A stretch of DNA of 64,000 bases from NCBI GenBank assembly GCA_965219095.1, contig CBDCMT010000001.1, positions 704,001 to 768,000 on the forward strand, written 5' to 3'. The DNA comes from Bdellovibrionales bacterium (GTDB taxonomy: Bacteria > Bdellovibrionota > Bdellovibrionia > Bdellovibrionales > UBA1609). Each line of letters opens with the position of its first letter. Positions within the stretch are counted from its first letter, which is position 1. The notes below the pieces were generated by a model. It made no database searches. It was given only the letters and a program-made list of their open reading frames with translations, and had not been told where the DNA came from. Shown here piece by piece: positions 40,807 through 50,545 of the stretch. The position numbers and the translations under genes were made by a program.

Positions 40807-41655
40807 ATGTTTAAAAAAGAAAAGTTAGAAAGTGTTTTTCTAACTGAAAAGAACCGGTATTCTAAAAAGAAAAATCTCAAAGTAAAAAATATTGTAGTTG
40901 TCTTATCTCTGGCTTTACTTGCTATTTTAGTTCTTGGAATTATCTTTGAAAAAAAAGAAATAAGGACAAGAGAACAACCCACCAACTATTTTAACAATCT
41001 CCCTCATAAAAACCCTTCTCTTTTGAGTAAATACAAAGAACCTGAGTATGATGATATTAAAATAGAAGATGCTCCAAAACCAATTACAAAGACTTCTTTC
41101 AGCAAAGATGCTCTTATTGGCTCAAAGCAAGCTGTAGAGCTTTTAGGCAAAGTCATATCTAATTCAAGAGGTGTCGTCCCCATACGAGTAAAAACCATCA
41201 CTCATAAAAACTCAAAAGACTATGAGCTAGACTTTAGGCTAAAAGAAGGCACTCTTTTACTGGGAAAAGGGAGGGTGGATAGATTATCAAAAAGACTCCA
41301 CATAACTTTTCATAGTCTGCTTATAAAGGGCAAGAGAATTTCTATTCAAGCTAAAGCCTTTATGGAAGATGGAACTTTTGGAGTTAAGGGAGAGTACAAC
41401 TCAGGAGAGCTAAAAAAATATGGCTCTCGTTTTGGCTCAAACTTTATTGGCGGAGTCTCTCAAGGCTTAAAGGAAAAAACTATTACTAAGTCAGGAAACG
41501 TTTTAGAGCTTGGTGGTTTAAAAAATGCTATTTTAAACGGACTATCTCTTTCTTTCTTGGACTTTGCTCAAGATAAAGCTAGAGGCAATGAAAACCCAAG
41601 TGCTGTCATTATCATTCCAGACAAAACAAAATTCTTTGTTTATTTTGAAAACTAA
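40807..41655 (+). CDS. VirB10/TrbI (TraM)-like protein
   Basis: One transmembrane segment, linker, GTLLLG...RLHITF...DGTFGVKG...IIIPDKTKFFVYF. Confidence 0.7.
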   Translation: MFKKEKLESVFLTEKNRYSKKKNLKVKNIVVVLSLALLAILVLGIIFEKKEIRTREQPTNYFNNLPHKNPSLLSKYKEPEYDDIKIEDAPKPITKTSFSKDALIGSKQAVELLGKVISNSRGVVPIRVKTITHKNSKDYELDFRLKEGTLLLGKGRVDRLSKRLHITFHSLLIKGKRISIQAKAFMEDGTFGVKGEYNSGELKKYGSRFGSNFIGGVSQGLKEKTITKSGNVLELGGLKNAILNGLSLSFLDFAQDKARGNENPSAVIIIPDKTKFFVYFEN

Positions 41656-41664
41656 GGGTTATTT

Positions 41665-43230
41665 ATGAAAAAAGAAATTAAAAGTGAGGGAACTCATCTT
41701 TCATTTATTATTCTTATACTTTTTTGTGTATTTATTTACAAGATAGCTCCGTTTGCTTTTTACTTATATCAAAAATTCAAGTGGCATGCTCTTTTTGTTC
41801 TTATTCTGATTTTATTCACTGCCATTTTTATTTTAATTTACCAATATATAAAAAATAGAGACAAAAAAGATGACAAAGATCTATTCATAGGATTTAATCA
41901 TAAAAAACCTATTTTTATCTCCAACTCTCAAAGAACCACTCATGCTCAAGTTATAGGAACTACTGGCTGTGGAAAAACAGAGAGTGTGATATTGCCTTGG
42001 ATTGTTCAAGACATTCAAAATGGAAACGGTGCTTTAATTATTGATGGAAAAAGTGATAATGATTTTTTGGATAAACTTTATAGCTACACGATAAAATTTA
42101 AAGGAGAAAAAGATTTTAAGCTCTTTTCTCTTGCTAACACTAAATGGTCTTATAGTTTTAATCCCTTAACTGGAGCTTCCAGTATTGAAATCGCTGAAAA
42201 AGTTTTTTCATCATTTCAGTTTAAAAATGAATACTATAAAAATATCCAGTACAAAATCTTTCTAAGTTTAATCTCTCTTATAAGAGAAAAGACCACCCCT
42301 ACTTTTAAGCTCATTTATGAACTTTTAAATGATACTGATACTCTTTATATTTGGGTTGAAACTTGTAAAAGCAAAAATACCAAAAAAATTCTTGAGGGCT
42401 TTGTGGCACTCCCAGAAAAAGAGCGAGAAGAGAGAGTTAGCGGTCTTGAAGCTCAAATCTCTCACTTTTGCCAAAATCAAAGTCTTTTTGATGAAACAAA
42501 AAATTCTATCTCCATAGAGAATGCTCTAAAGAATAATCAAATCCTCTACTTTCAGCTCCCCACTATGCTTTATCCCTTTTTAGGAGAAGCTACAGGAAAG
42601 CTTGTGCTTCAAAACCTTCAAAGTGCAGTCTCTCGCAGACACCTCTCAGATAAAAAAGGAAAACTCTTTAGCGTGTATTTAGATGATTTTCAGGATTATA
42701 TCTATTCAGGCTTTGCAAGTCTTCTTAACAAGTCAAGATCAGCTAATGTAGCTATGGTCTTTTCTCACCAGTCCTTAGGAGACTTAGAGCGTGTTTCAAG
42801 CTCATTTTCTGATGTAGTTCTAACCAATACTAACCTCAAAGTGATTATGAGAACCATTGATCCTAAAACCTGTGATTATTTTGCTAACTACTTTGGAACC
42901 AAAAGCACCATGAAAGAGACCGAACAGACCGATAAAGGGTTATTAGGAGCAAGTCCAACAGGAAGAGGGAGTCTTAGAAAAGTAGAAGAATTTATCTTTC
43001 ACCCCAACCTATTTAAAAAAATCCCAGTAGGCATTGGTTTGGTTAGTATTCCAAAAGTAAGTTCCGTAGAGCACCTTGAACTATCCTTTCCTAGAGTAAA
43101 GCCCATAGAAAAACAAGCTCTTAAAGCTATTAAAAAAGGGTCTATAGAAGCATCTAAAACAGAATTGAGGAAAGAAAAAGAGAGTAAAGATGTTATTGAA
43201 GAGACTCTTAAAAATAAGGAGAAAAGATGA
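41665..43230 (+). CDS. virD4: Type IV coupling protein (VirD4/TraD-like)
   Basis: Two transmembrane segments, HAQVIGTTGCGKT, IIDGKSD, SFNPL, YLDDF, KSRSA...HQSLGDL. Confidence 0.88.
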   Translation: MKKEIKSEGTHLSFIILILFCVFIYKIAPFAFYLYQKFKWHALFVLILILFTAIFILIYQYIKNRDKKDDKDLFIGFNHKKPIFISNSQRTTHAQVIGTTGCGKTESVILPWIVQDIQNGNGALIIDGKSDNDFLDKLYSYTIKFKGEKDFKLFSLANTKWSYSFNPLTGASSIEIAEKVFSSFQFKNEYYKNIQYKIFLSLISLIREKTTPTFKLIYELLNDTDTLYIWVETCKSKNTKKILEGFVALPEKEREERVSGLEAQISHFCQNQSLFDETKNSISIENALKNNQILYFQLPTMLYPFLGEATGKLVLQNLQSAVSRRHLSDKKGKLFSVYLDDFQDYIYSGFASLLNKSRSANVAMVFSHQSLGDLERVSSSFSDVVLTNTNLKVIMRTIDPKTCDYFANYFGTKSTMKETEQTDKGLLGASPTGRGSLRKVEEFIFHPNLFKKIPVGIGLVSIPKVSSVEHLELSFPRVKPIEKQALKAIKKGSIEASKTELRKEKESKDVIEETLKNKEKR

Positions 43231-44018
43231 AAGACATTCGTTTAAAAAAAAGAGATTTAGAGATTTTATATCATATTTCCACTCAAAGCTTTGCTACTGT
43301 ATCTGAACTCTATGATCTTTTTTGGAAATCAAAAAAGAACTCTAAGTCTCATTACAAGAGACTTTATCGACTAAAAGAACATAGATTTATCGATACTCTA
43401 AAAGCTCCTCTAAATTCTGAATCTGGATACACTATCACTCTAAAGGGGCAGAATTTATTAAGAGCTTATGGTTATAAGGTGAGTCCCTGTGTGATTAAAA
43501 AAGATTGCTACACTGGAAGTTATGAGCATGATCTTTTGTTAAATAGCTTAAAAAACATTCTCTTAAAGAGTCCTCTTGTTGAGAATTTTATCCCTGAATA
43601 TCAGATAGCTTATAGAATTTTAAAGGACTTTAATGTTAAAAGAAAGTACCAGCTAAAGGATAAAATCCCTGATGGGCTTTTTACTCTTTTAGTTCAAAAA
43701 AAACCTCAGAAAGTTGCACTTGAATTAGAGCTAACTCTCAAATCTAAAAGAAGGTATGAGACTATTTTTTCAAAACATCTTCTCACAAAAAGCTGGAATA
43801 TAATATTTTACATTGTTAAGGATGGGAAAATGAGAGAAAAACTTTTAAGTTACATTAAAGAGTTCAAGAGAAAAAACTCTCTATTGAGAACTGCAAGAAA
43901 CTTAAACAGCATCTACTTTTCTCTTTTAGATGAGTTCCTAGATAAAGGACTTTATGCGAACTTTACCAATGAAAGAATGGAATTTTCTTTGAAAGATTTA
44001 GAGAAAAAGACAAGCTAG
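43227..44018 (+). CDS. Replication-relaxation family relaxase
   Basis: RDLEIL wHTH, HDLLL, IPDG, VALELELTLKSKRRY; overlaps the coupling protein stop. Confidence 0.8.
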   Translation: MKDIRLKKRDLEILYHISTQSFATVSELYDLFWKSKKNSKSHYKRLYRLKEHRFIDTLKAPLNSESGYTITLKGQNLLRAYGYKVSPCVIKKDCYTGSYEHDLLLNSLKNILLKSPLVENFIPEYQIAYRILKDFNVKRKYQLKDKIPDGLFTLLVQKKPQKVALELELTLKSKRRYETIFSKHLLTKSWNIIFYIVKDGKMREKLLSYIKEFKRKNSLLRTARNLNSIYFSLLDEFLDKGLYANFTNERMEFSLKDLEKKTS

Positions 44019-44130
44019 AAAGGAAGCTTAAAAGTGGAACCCCTAATGGCAACTGGTGTCCATTAGAAAAAATGAGGCCTCAACAAGGCGATAGTTTTAA
44101 TCTATTGAAATACTTAAGTTTTTTAAAGGT

Positions 44131-44227
44131 CACACCCCCTGCCTTCTTCGGACAACTACCCGTGACCTCGCTCTCTCCACATAGTTACGATAGCGAGGTC
44201 ACGGCTAGACTCGAAGGCAGGGGTGTG
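44131..44227. other. GC-rich nested inverted repeat (oriT or structured RNA candidate)
   Basis: Outer CACACCCCCTGCCTTC/GAAGGCAGGGGTGTG; inner CCGTGACCTCGCT/AGCGAGGTCACGG. Confidence 0.55.
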
Positions 44228-44283
44228 GTATAGGTAGTCAGTAATAGATATTTTATTTTGTAAAAGTAAAGTCAGGAGGTTTT

Positions 44284-44508
44284 ATGGCTTGTAGAGTAGG
44301 AATTACAACTGATCCAAAAAGAAGAAAACAAGAGTGGGAAGAAGAATATCCTAGCTTAAGAGATTGGGAAATCTTAGAGAGTAGCTTAAGCTATTCAAGT
44401 GCTCAAAAAAAAGAAAACGAATATGCACAAAAATATGGTTGCGCATCCAGTCCAGGTGGTCCAAATGACGGAAGTTACAACTGGTCGGTTTATAAATTTA
44501 GCTACTGA
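44284..44508 (+). CDS. Small hypothetical protein, GIY-YIG-like
   Basis: Ribosome binding site AGGAGG; RVGITTDPKRRKQE...AQKKE. Confidence 0.6.
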   Translation: MACRVGITTDPKRRKQEWEEEYPSLRDWEILESSLSYSSAQKKENEYAQKYGCASSPGGPNDGSYNWSVYKFSY

Positions 44509-44522
44509 ACTTATTTAATGAG

Positions 44523-45701
44523 TTGTTAAAAATGACTTCTTCAGAAAACTTTGAGACTTTTGAAACAGATGAAGCAGAAATAATAGCTAATAAGAAAGCT
44601 AATCGTATTTATGTGGCTGATTTCCAAAGTGGAGAAGGTAAATATATTAGTACTGTTATTGGTGAAGATTCCCATAATTTTGATTTAAAAGCTAGAATTT
44701 CCCCTAAAGTTGAAGTCCGTATCACATATATTACAAACAAAAACCGTATTGAAGGTGTCAAAATTTCTAAACTTAAAAAAGATGGTAATATACAGGAAAT
44801 CAACCTCTCTACATTAACATTTGAAGGAATACTTGGGTTATTAAAAATTTTTTCTAATCTTGATTTAAATTCAATAAATAACCGTGCGTTAGTATTGGAT
44901 TCAAATATTGTAAAAGATCCGTCAAAACTACAAAATCACTTAAACACAATACTTGCTGATGAAAGAGGATTAGCGATACTCTCAGAAGTTGCTAAATCAA
45001 AAGGACTTATTTTTGAAAATGATATAGGAAATATAAAGAGGAAACGTGAAGCATTAGAACTGTTTGCTGAATTATTGGGAAATGATAGTTTTTTTGAAGA
45101 ACAAAAGAAGGATTTGGAAAAAAATAGAGATGAAGGTGTTTGGCAATCTTTTTTTGAAAAAAACAAGTGGATTTTTGGTTATGGCCTTGAGTATATATTC
45201 AATGCACCGATCAAAAAGGAAAAATATGAGCAAACACTTATTGGAGCAAACTTTTTAAGTTCAGGTAAGAGGCCTGATGGAATACTAAAAACGCTTGGGC
45301 TGACACAATTTTTAAATATTGTTGAAATCAAAACTCATAAACATAATATATTAGAAAATAATGAGTATAGAGCTAAAGCTTGGAGAATAAGTAGTGAACT
45401 GAGTGGTGCTATTGCTCAATGCCAGCAATATGTACATAATAGTATGAAAAATCTACAAGAGTACATTGAACTAAAGGATTTAAAAGGTAATCGGATAAAT
45501 GAAGAAGTTTTTAATTTCCAGCCTAAATGTTTTTTAGTTATCGGAAATATGCACAGAGAATTTGTTAAAAATGGTAAGGTTTTGAACCCTGATAGATTAT
45601 CTTGCTTTGAGTGTTTTCGTAAAAACTTGTTGAGTCCTCAAATAATCACATATGATCAACTGTATTATCGTGCAAAATATATTATAGAGGATGCTCAATG
45701 A
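44523..45701 (+). CDS. sduA: Shedu anti-phage nuclease SduA (DUF4263)
   Basis: WQSFFEKNKWIFG, RPDGIL, VEIKT, ELSGAIAQ, LVIG, IITYDQL. Confidence 0.88.
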   Translation: MLKMTSSENFETFETDEAEIIANKKANRIYVADFQSGEGKYISTVIGEDSHNFDLKARISPKVEVRITYITNKNRIEGVKISKLKKDGNIQEINLSTLTFEGILGLLKIFSNLDLNSINNRALVLDSNIVKDPSKLQNHLNTILADERGLAILSEVAKSKGLIFENDIGNIKRKREALELFAELLGNDSFFEEQKKDLEKNRDEGVWQSFFEKNKWIFGYGLEYIFNAPIKKEKYEQTLIGANFLSSGKRPDGILKTLGLTQFLNIVEIKTHKHNILENNEYRAKAWRISSELSGAIAQCQQYVHNSMKNLQEYIELKDLKGNRINEEVFNFQPKCFLVIGNMHREFVKNGKVLNPDRLSCFECFRKNLLSPQIITYDQLYYRAKYIIEDAQ

Positions 45702-45939
45702 ACAGAAACCTCAACGCTAACTGTTACGAAAGAAATTTTTCAAAAGCGGAGCAATAATTGATTTTAATGAATACGGAAATACTTCATCAGAATATGGCTG
45801 GAAAATCGATCATATTCATCCTGTAGCTAAAGGCAGAGGAGATGAGCTTTCAAATCTTCATTCTCTTCACTGGAGGAGCAACAGCTCAAAAAGTGATGAC
45901 CCGGATATTCCGTCTCAATACTGCAAAATCACAAGCTAA
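45698..45939 (+). pseudogene. HNH endonuclease, frameshifted
   Basis: YGWKIDHIHPVAKGRGDELSNLHSLHWRSNSSKSD is out of frame with the ATG at 45698. Confidence 0.75.
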
Positions 45940-46194
45940 CACGCCCACCATTCCACAAATCAAACTCCTCCAGCTTTTATTACTCATAGATAAAAACTTG
46001 TCTCACAAGCTATTTTTCTTTTTTTGATTTCTATTTTTATTTCAGAACATTTCGATATCTCCTTTTTACCCGTTTTGATAGCTCGCTTTTCAGTCAGCTT
46101 CTTAACGGCTTTTTTACAAATCTCATGCCTTCGGTTCCCTCAGTCACTCAATTTGTTTTTCAAAAAAGCCTAAAGCCTCCTTCAAGCTCGCCTT

Positions 46195-46245
46195 TTTCTT
46201 TGAGGGCTGCCCCCATCCATTGGTGAGGGACAGCCCTCAAGAAAA
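46195..46245. promoter_or_regulatory. Strong hairpin upstream of ORF 46288
   Basis: TTTTCTTTGAGGGCTGCCCC...GGGACAGCCCTCAAGAAAA. Confidence 0.5.
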
Positions 46246-46287
46246 TAAAATAAAAAAAACAAAACAGGCAAAAAAAGGAGGCCAAAA

Positions 46288-46755
46288 ATGAAAGAACTAA
46301 ATAAACAAGAAATCACACAAAAACTAGAAAAAATCGCTTTTCTTGAAACAACGCCGTTTTGTTATTCGTGTTACATCAAAGCACCTACAGGAGTTTGTCA
46401 TAATTGTGGTACGGACGATTTAATGCTTGAGCTTGAAGGCTTTGGAGTTGAGTACGGAACCGAATGGGTCTATAAACAACTTTTAAAAGAAGCTCTTGAT
46501 CCAGTCAATACAGAGGAAGTATTTGAGACTATGATTGATGAGTGCTACTCAGAAGATACAAAAATCGGTTGGCTTACAGTGGATACAGTAACTGCCATTA
46601 AACAGCTTGATGAAATCTCTTGGAACTTAGCTAAAGATGAATACATAGACGGCTTAGTTTCAGATGAAGAACTCATAACCTTCGATGAAGTAAACTACTA
46701 CTCAAAGCACGATATTCTAGAATTTGTAGAAAAATACAAAGGAAAAGTGGCCTAG
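46288..46755 (+). CDS. Acidic Zn-ribbon hypothetical protein
   Basis: CYSC...CHNC; D/E-rich; strong ribosome binding site. Confidence 0.75.
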   Translation: MKELNKQEITQKLEKIAFLETTPFCYSCYIKAPTGVCHNCGTDDLMLELEGFGVEYGTEWVYKQLLKEALDPVNTEEVFETMIDECYSEDTKIGWLTVDTVTAIKQLDEISWNLAKDEYIDGLVSDEELITFDEVNYYSKHDILEFVEKYKGKVA

Positions 46756-47082
46756 GCCATTTTTCCTTTTAAATAAAAGGAGAAAAAATTTATGAAAGAA
46801 AAATTTTCTAAAATTGCTATCTCAAATCAAGCCAATGAATCTCTTATAAAAATGCTAGAAGCTCTCAACAAGGAGACATCCACTAAAGTCAAAAAACAAG
46901 CCCTCACTTCTTTTATTATTGAAAGCTATGAAAAAGAAAATATGAAGACCATCCTTTTTAAAAGACTGGTTATCCATTTTTTCTGAAATGAACCATATCT
47001 TATGAAAACCCAACCTCTATACTCACCACGTCAAACCTAGAAAACAATAAAAAAGCTTGTTATCCTTGAAAGGAGTTGTTGT

Positions 47083-47298
47083 ATGAAGCAGAGAAAAAAA
47101 TCTCGCTCCATAAGAGACTCTATGCTAAACAATATAAAATGGATTCCCGTAGAATTAAGTCAGGAGGAAGAAGATGAAAGAATCGAAAAAATCGCAAACA
47201 TGTTACAGCGGTTCATGGAGGAAAATAGCAAAAGGGGAAAATCCCTCAAAAGCCATGTCCTCAAAAAAGAAGACTTCAAAAAAACGATTAGATTATAA
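47083..47298 (+). CDS. Small hypothetical protein overlapping the recombinase start (directionality factor candidate)
   Basis: Ribosome binding site AGGAG; position only. Confidence 0.45.
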   Translation: MKQRKKSRSIRDSMLNNIKWIPVELSQEEEDERIEKIANMLQRFMEENSKRGKSLKSHVLKKEDFKKTIRL

Positions 47299-48931
47299 AT
47301 ACAAGATAGCTTCTTATGTGAGGCTTTCTCCAAGTGATGAAATTAGAGAAGAAGGCTCTCTTGTATCTCACCCACAAAGAATCAAAAATTTTATCAATAT
47401 GAAAAACAATACAGAGAAGAATTGGGGAAAGGTTATTGAAACTTACACAGACAAGGATTATTCAGGGAAGAACTTAAACCGTCCAGCTTTTCAAAAAATG
47501 TGTAGAGACATTGTTTTAGGAAAGGTTAATGCTGTTATCGTAACAGAGCTTTCAAGGCTTAGTAGAAGTGTTAAAGATTTTTGCCAGTTTTGGGATTTTC
47601 TCAAAGAACATAAAGTGAAGTTTTTCAGTTTAAAAGAAAACTTTGACACCTCAACTGCTATGGGAGAGCTTATGGTTATCCAAGCCATTAGCTTTGCTCA
47701 ATTTGAAAGACAAACCACTGTAGAGCGTATAAAGCATGGAGTTCACGCAAGAGCAGAGAGAGGTCTTTCTAATGGTGGACAAAGAATGTTAGGCTATGAT
47801 CTTCACCCTGAAAAAAAATGCCATTTGAAAGTTAATGAAGAAGAAAAACCTATAGTTCAAATGATTTTTAAAAAACTTCTAGAGCTGGGTTCAACATTTA
47901 AAGTTTTAAACTTTTTAAATCAAAATGGTTATACCACTAAGTCTTTTGTAAATAAAAAGGGAGAAAAAAGAGGCGGAACAAGATGGACTGCTTCGTCCTT
48001 ATACACTGTTCTCACCAACTTTTCCTATTTAGGAAAAAGAGAACTCAACAAGAAAAATAGAAATAAAGATCAGTCAGAGCTTTCTATTTCTGAAAGATAC
48101 AAAGTTTATGATAGCCAATGGCCTGCTATTATTGATAAAAATCTTTTTAATGAGGTTCAAGATCGTTTAGAAAAAAATAAAAAAGAATTAAGAGCCAGCA
48201 ATCATTGTTATATTCTTTCAGGTTTAACTTATTGTGGAGTTTGTGGAGATAAACTTGTAGGGAAAGGAAGCTCAAATAGAGAAGGAAAAAAATACTTTTA
48301 TTATGGCCACAGAAGAAAGATGATGACTTATGGAGATCGGCATTTAAAAAAATGTGACTTAGAGCATGTTCCTGCCCACACTATAGAGGAGGGTGTTTTA
48401 TTTCGACTCAAAGAGTTATCAAAAAATAAGGCTCTTTTAGTAAAGCTTGCTCAAAACAACACCTACCAAAACAAGGAAAGTCTCAAACAGCAGGAAAGCC
48501 TTATGTACTCTCGCCTAGAAGCCTTAAAGGGCATAAGAAAGGATATAGAGAGTCTCACTCAGGCCATTGCTAGAAGTAAGAATCAGAAAGCTCAGGACAT
48601 TTTAATTGAAGAATTAGGCAACCTTAGTGAAAAGAAATCTCAGGTAGAAGAAGAGATCAAAAAGCTCAAAAGGGAAAAGTCTCAATTCAAAGACAACATC
48701 ATTTCAGCAGAGAATATCTTTTCAGCACTCAAGGTTGTAAATAAGACTCTGCCCAAAATCACTCCCAGACAACAAAAAGAGCTTCTCTCAGAGATCATCA
48801 AGAAGGTTGTGGTCTATAAACATGGCTTAGGCGTGGAGTATTTTGGGGCCAAAAAGTCTGAAATGGGAAATTGGGTTCAAGCGGTCAAAAATCCGCACAG
48901 TGTTTGTGTTGGTCGGAGAGACAGGATTTGA
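47255..48931 (+). CDS. Large serine recombinase (integrase)
   Basis: YVRLS catalytic motif, DKDYSGKNLNRPAF, LSRLSRS, recombinase domain, CGVCG Zn ribbon, coiled coil; stop lies inside the antisense tRNA (ORF track start 47174). Confidence 0.95.
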   Translation: MSSKKKTSKKRLDYKYKIASYVRLSPSDEIREEGSLVSHPQRIKNFINMKNNTEKNWGKVIETYTDKDYSGKNLNRPAFQKMCRDIVLGKVNAVIVTELSRLSRSVKDFCQFWDFLKEHKVKFFSLKENFDTSTAMGELMVIQAISFAQFERQTTVERIKHGVHARAERGLSNGGQRMLGYDLHPEKKCHLKVNEEEKPIVQMIFKKLLELGSTFKVLNFLNQNGYTTKSFVNKKGEKRGGTRWTASSLYTVLTNFSYLGKRELNKKNRNKDQSELSISERYKVYDSQWPAIIDKNLFNEVQDRLEKNKKELRASNHCYILSGLTYCGVCGDKLVGKGSSNREGKKYFYYGHRRKMMTYGDRHLKKCDLEHVPAHTIEEGVLFRLKELSKNKALLVKLAQNNTYQNKESLKQQESLMYSRLEALKGIRKDIESLTQAIARSKNQKAQDILIEELGNLSEKKSQVEEEIKKLKREKSQFKDNIISAENIFSALKVVNKTLPKITPRQQKELLSEIIKKVVVYKHGLGVEYFGAKKSEMGNWVQAVKNPHSVCVGRRDRI

Positions 48932-48986
48932 ACCTGCGACCCTCTGCTCCCAAAGCAGATGCGCTACCAAGCTGCGCTACTCTCCG
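48910..48986 (-). tRNA. tRNA-Pro (TGG)
   Basis: CGGAGAG...TCTGC-TT-TGG-GA-GCAGA...GGTTCAAATCC...CTCTCCG-A-CCA. Confidence 0.97.
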
Positions 48987-49284
48987 TTTAATTTACCTAC
49001 TGATTTTTCTTCTTTTTACAAGAAAACATCATAAACTATTTTAATGTCAAAAGAAACTTGTAAAATACAGTTTTGGGTTAATAAAACTTTAAAATTTGTT
49101 TTTATAATCATTGAAAAATATAGTTTAATTAAGGAAACTTTAGCTTTCTTTAGCTAAAAAGTCGTAAAAGTACGAAATTGCTACTTTCTTCAGGCCTTTA
49201 GTCCTGTGTTCCTATTTGACATATAACTGAATGCTTTTAATGATGAAATTGTAGAAAAAAAATAAACTAAAAAAGGAGAAAGTA

Positions 49285-50535
49285 ATGAAGATAAAATTTA
49301 TAATGACTTTCTGTGTTCTTTTTGTTATAGCTATGAATGCAGAAACAAGACCTATGGGTTCAAAAAAAGGCAAAATAGATCATGATATACGGGTGCGTGC
49401 AACAAAACATCATAATAAGTCTTTTTCTTATGAAACACGCTATCTGTTAGGCTATAGTAGATCCATTAAGCAATTCACTCTTCATGGAGGCCTATTCTTC
49501 AATGTTAATAGTTTAAGAACTAACTCCGCAAACGATAATATTTTTAGGCCCCAATCCACTAAAAGAGAATTAAATTTTTATAAAGCTTATGTTTCTTGGA
49601 AAGCCAAGAAACTGACTCTTCATGCAGGTTATATGCCTATTGAATTAGGAGAAGGAAGTGTTATGAATACCAATGATTATTATGATATGCCTTTAGCTTT
49701 TTCTGGTATAGGGGGTGTTTTTTCAACGAAAACTTTTGACTTCAGTGTCTATCATCTTGATCTTGAATTTAACTTCATTCGAGAACAACTACCAGACCCA
49801 TCAAAAGATACAAATAAACAATTAATTCTGTTATCCTATGATCAAAAAAAGCTTCCTAAAGGTATCAATCATGTCAATCTCCATGCCCTCTTTTACAGAG
49901 ATTTGAAACCCTCAGATAAGGGAGAATCAGCAAATGAAAGACGCTATCACTATGGTGCGTCTATCAGTGGTGGCTTAAAACAATTTGATTACCGTGCCGT
50001 TTATGCCATTCAAAGAGGAGATAACAATACAATTGCCAATAAGGATATTGAAGCATCTATGTTAGATGCAGAAATTGGTTTTAAGCTCTCTACTGCTAAG
50101 AAAAGAAGAAAAAGTGTTTTTAGAGGAACTCGTATTTATATAGGCTATCATTCAGAATCAGGAGACAAAGGCCTTGATTCTGAAAAAAACTACAATCCTT
50201 TTTATTATGATCGTTACAACCGTTCTGGTTTGATGGACATCATTTCTTGGGGTGTTAATAGAAGGCTTGGTTCAACTGTAGAACTTAACGGCCTTTCCAA
50301 TCTCTCAGCAGGGATTACTTTAAAAACAATAAAAAATATTAATCTAGGATTTCATTACAACCGCTTTAAACTAGAGGAAGATAACTATGGAAAAGAGTTC
50401 GATTTTACAGCAGAAAAAATTTACGGAAAAACACTCAGTACTTTAGCTCGTGTAGGTTATTTCATGTTTGAAAATGAAGATGATAACAATGAAAATTCTT
50501 TAGAATATCAAATTCAATTGAGATGGAAGTTTTAA
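49285..50535 (+). CDS. Outer-membrane beta-barrel, alginate-export (AlgE)-like
   Basis: Signal peptide, SGD...YNPFY...GLMD, YGKEFDF, terminal QLRWKF. Confidence 0.65.
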   Translation: MKIKFIMTFCVLFVIAMNAETRPMGSKKGKIDHDIRVRATKHHNKSFSYETRYLLGYSRSIKQFTLHGGLFFNVNSLRTNSANDNIFRPQSTKRELNFYKAYVSWKAKKLTLHAGYMPIELGEGSVMNTNDYYDMPLAFSGIGGVFSTKTFDFSVYHLDLEFNFIREQLPDPSKDTNKQLILLSYDQKKLPKGINHVNLHALFYRDLKPSDKGESANERRYHYGASISGGLKQFDYRAVYAIQRGDNNTIANKDIEASMLDAEIGFKLSTAKKRRKSVFRGTRIYIGYHSESGDKGLDSEKNYNPFYYDRYNRSGLMDIISWGVNRRLGSTVELNGLSNLSAGITLKTIKNINLGFHYNRFKLEEDNYGKEFDFTAEKIYGKTLSTLARVGYFMFENEDDNNENSLEYQIQLRWKF

Positions 50536-50545
50536 AACTGACTTT

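Larger units (their letters stand above)
15600..48915. mobile_element. Integrative conjugative element (~33.3 kb) at tRNA-Pro
   Basis: Bounded by TGGTCG crossover cores; contains serine recombinase, VirB4, VirD4, relaxase and defence cargo. Confidence 0.88.

Noticed and set aside
48843..49034. 63-aa ORF (also 58448..58648)
   Set aside because: Shadow translations across tRNA genes.
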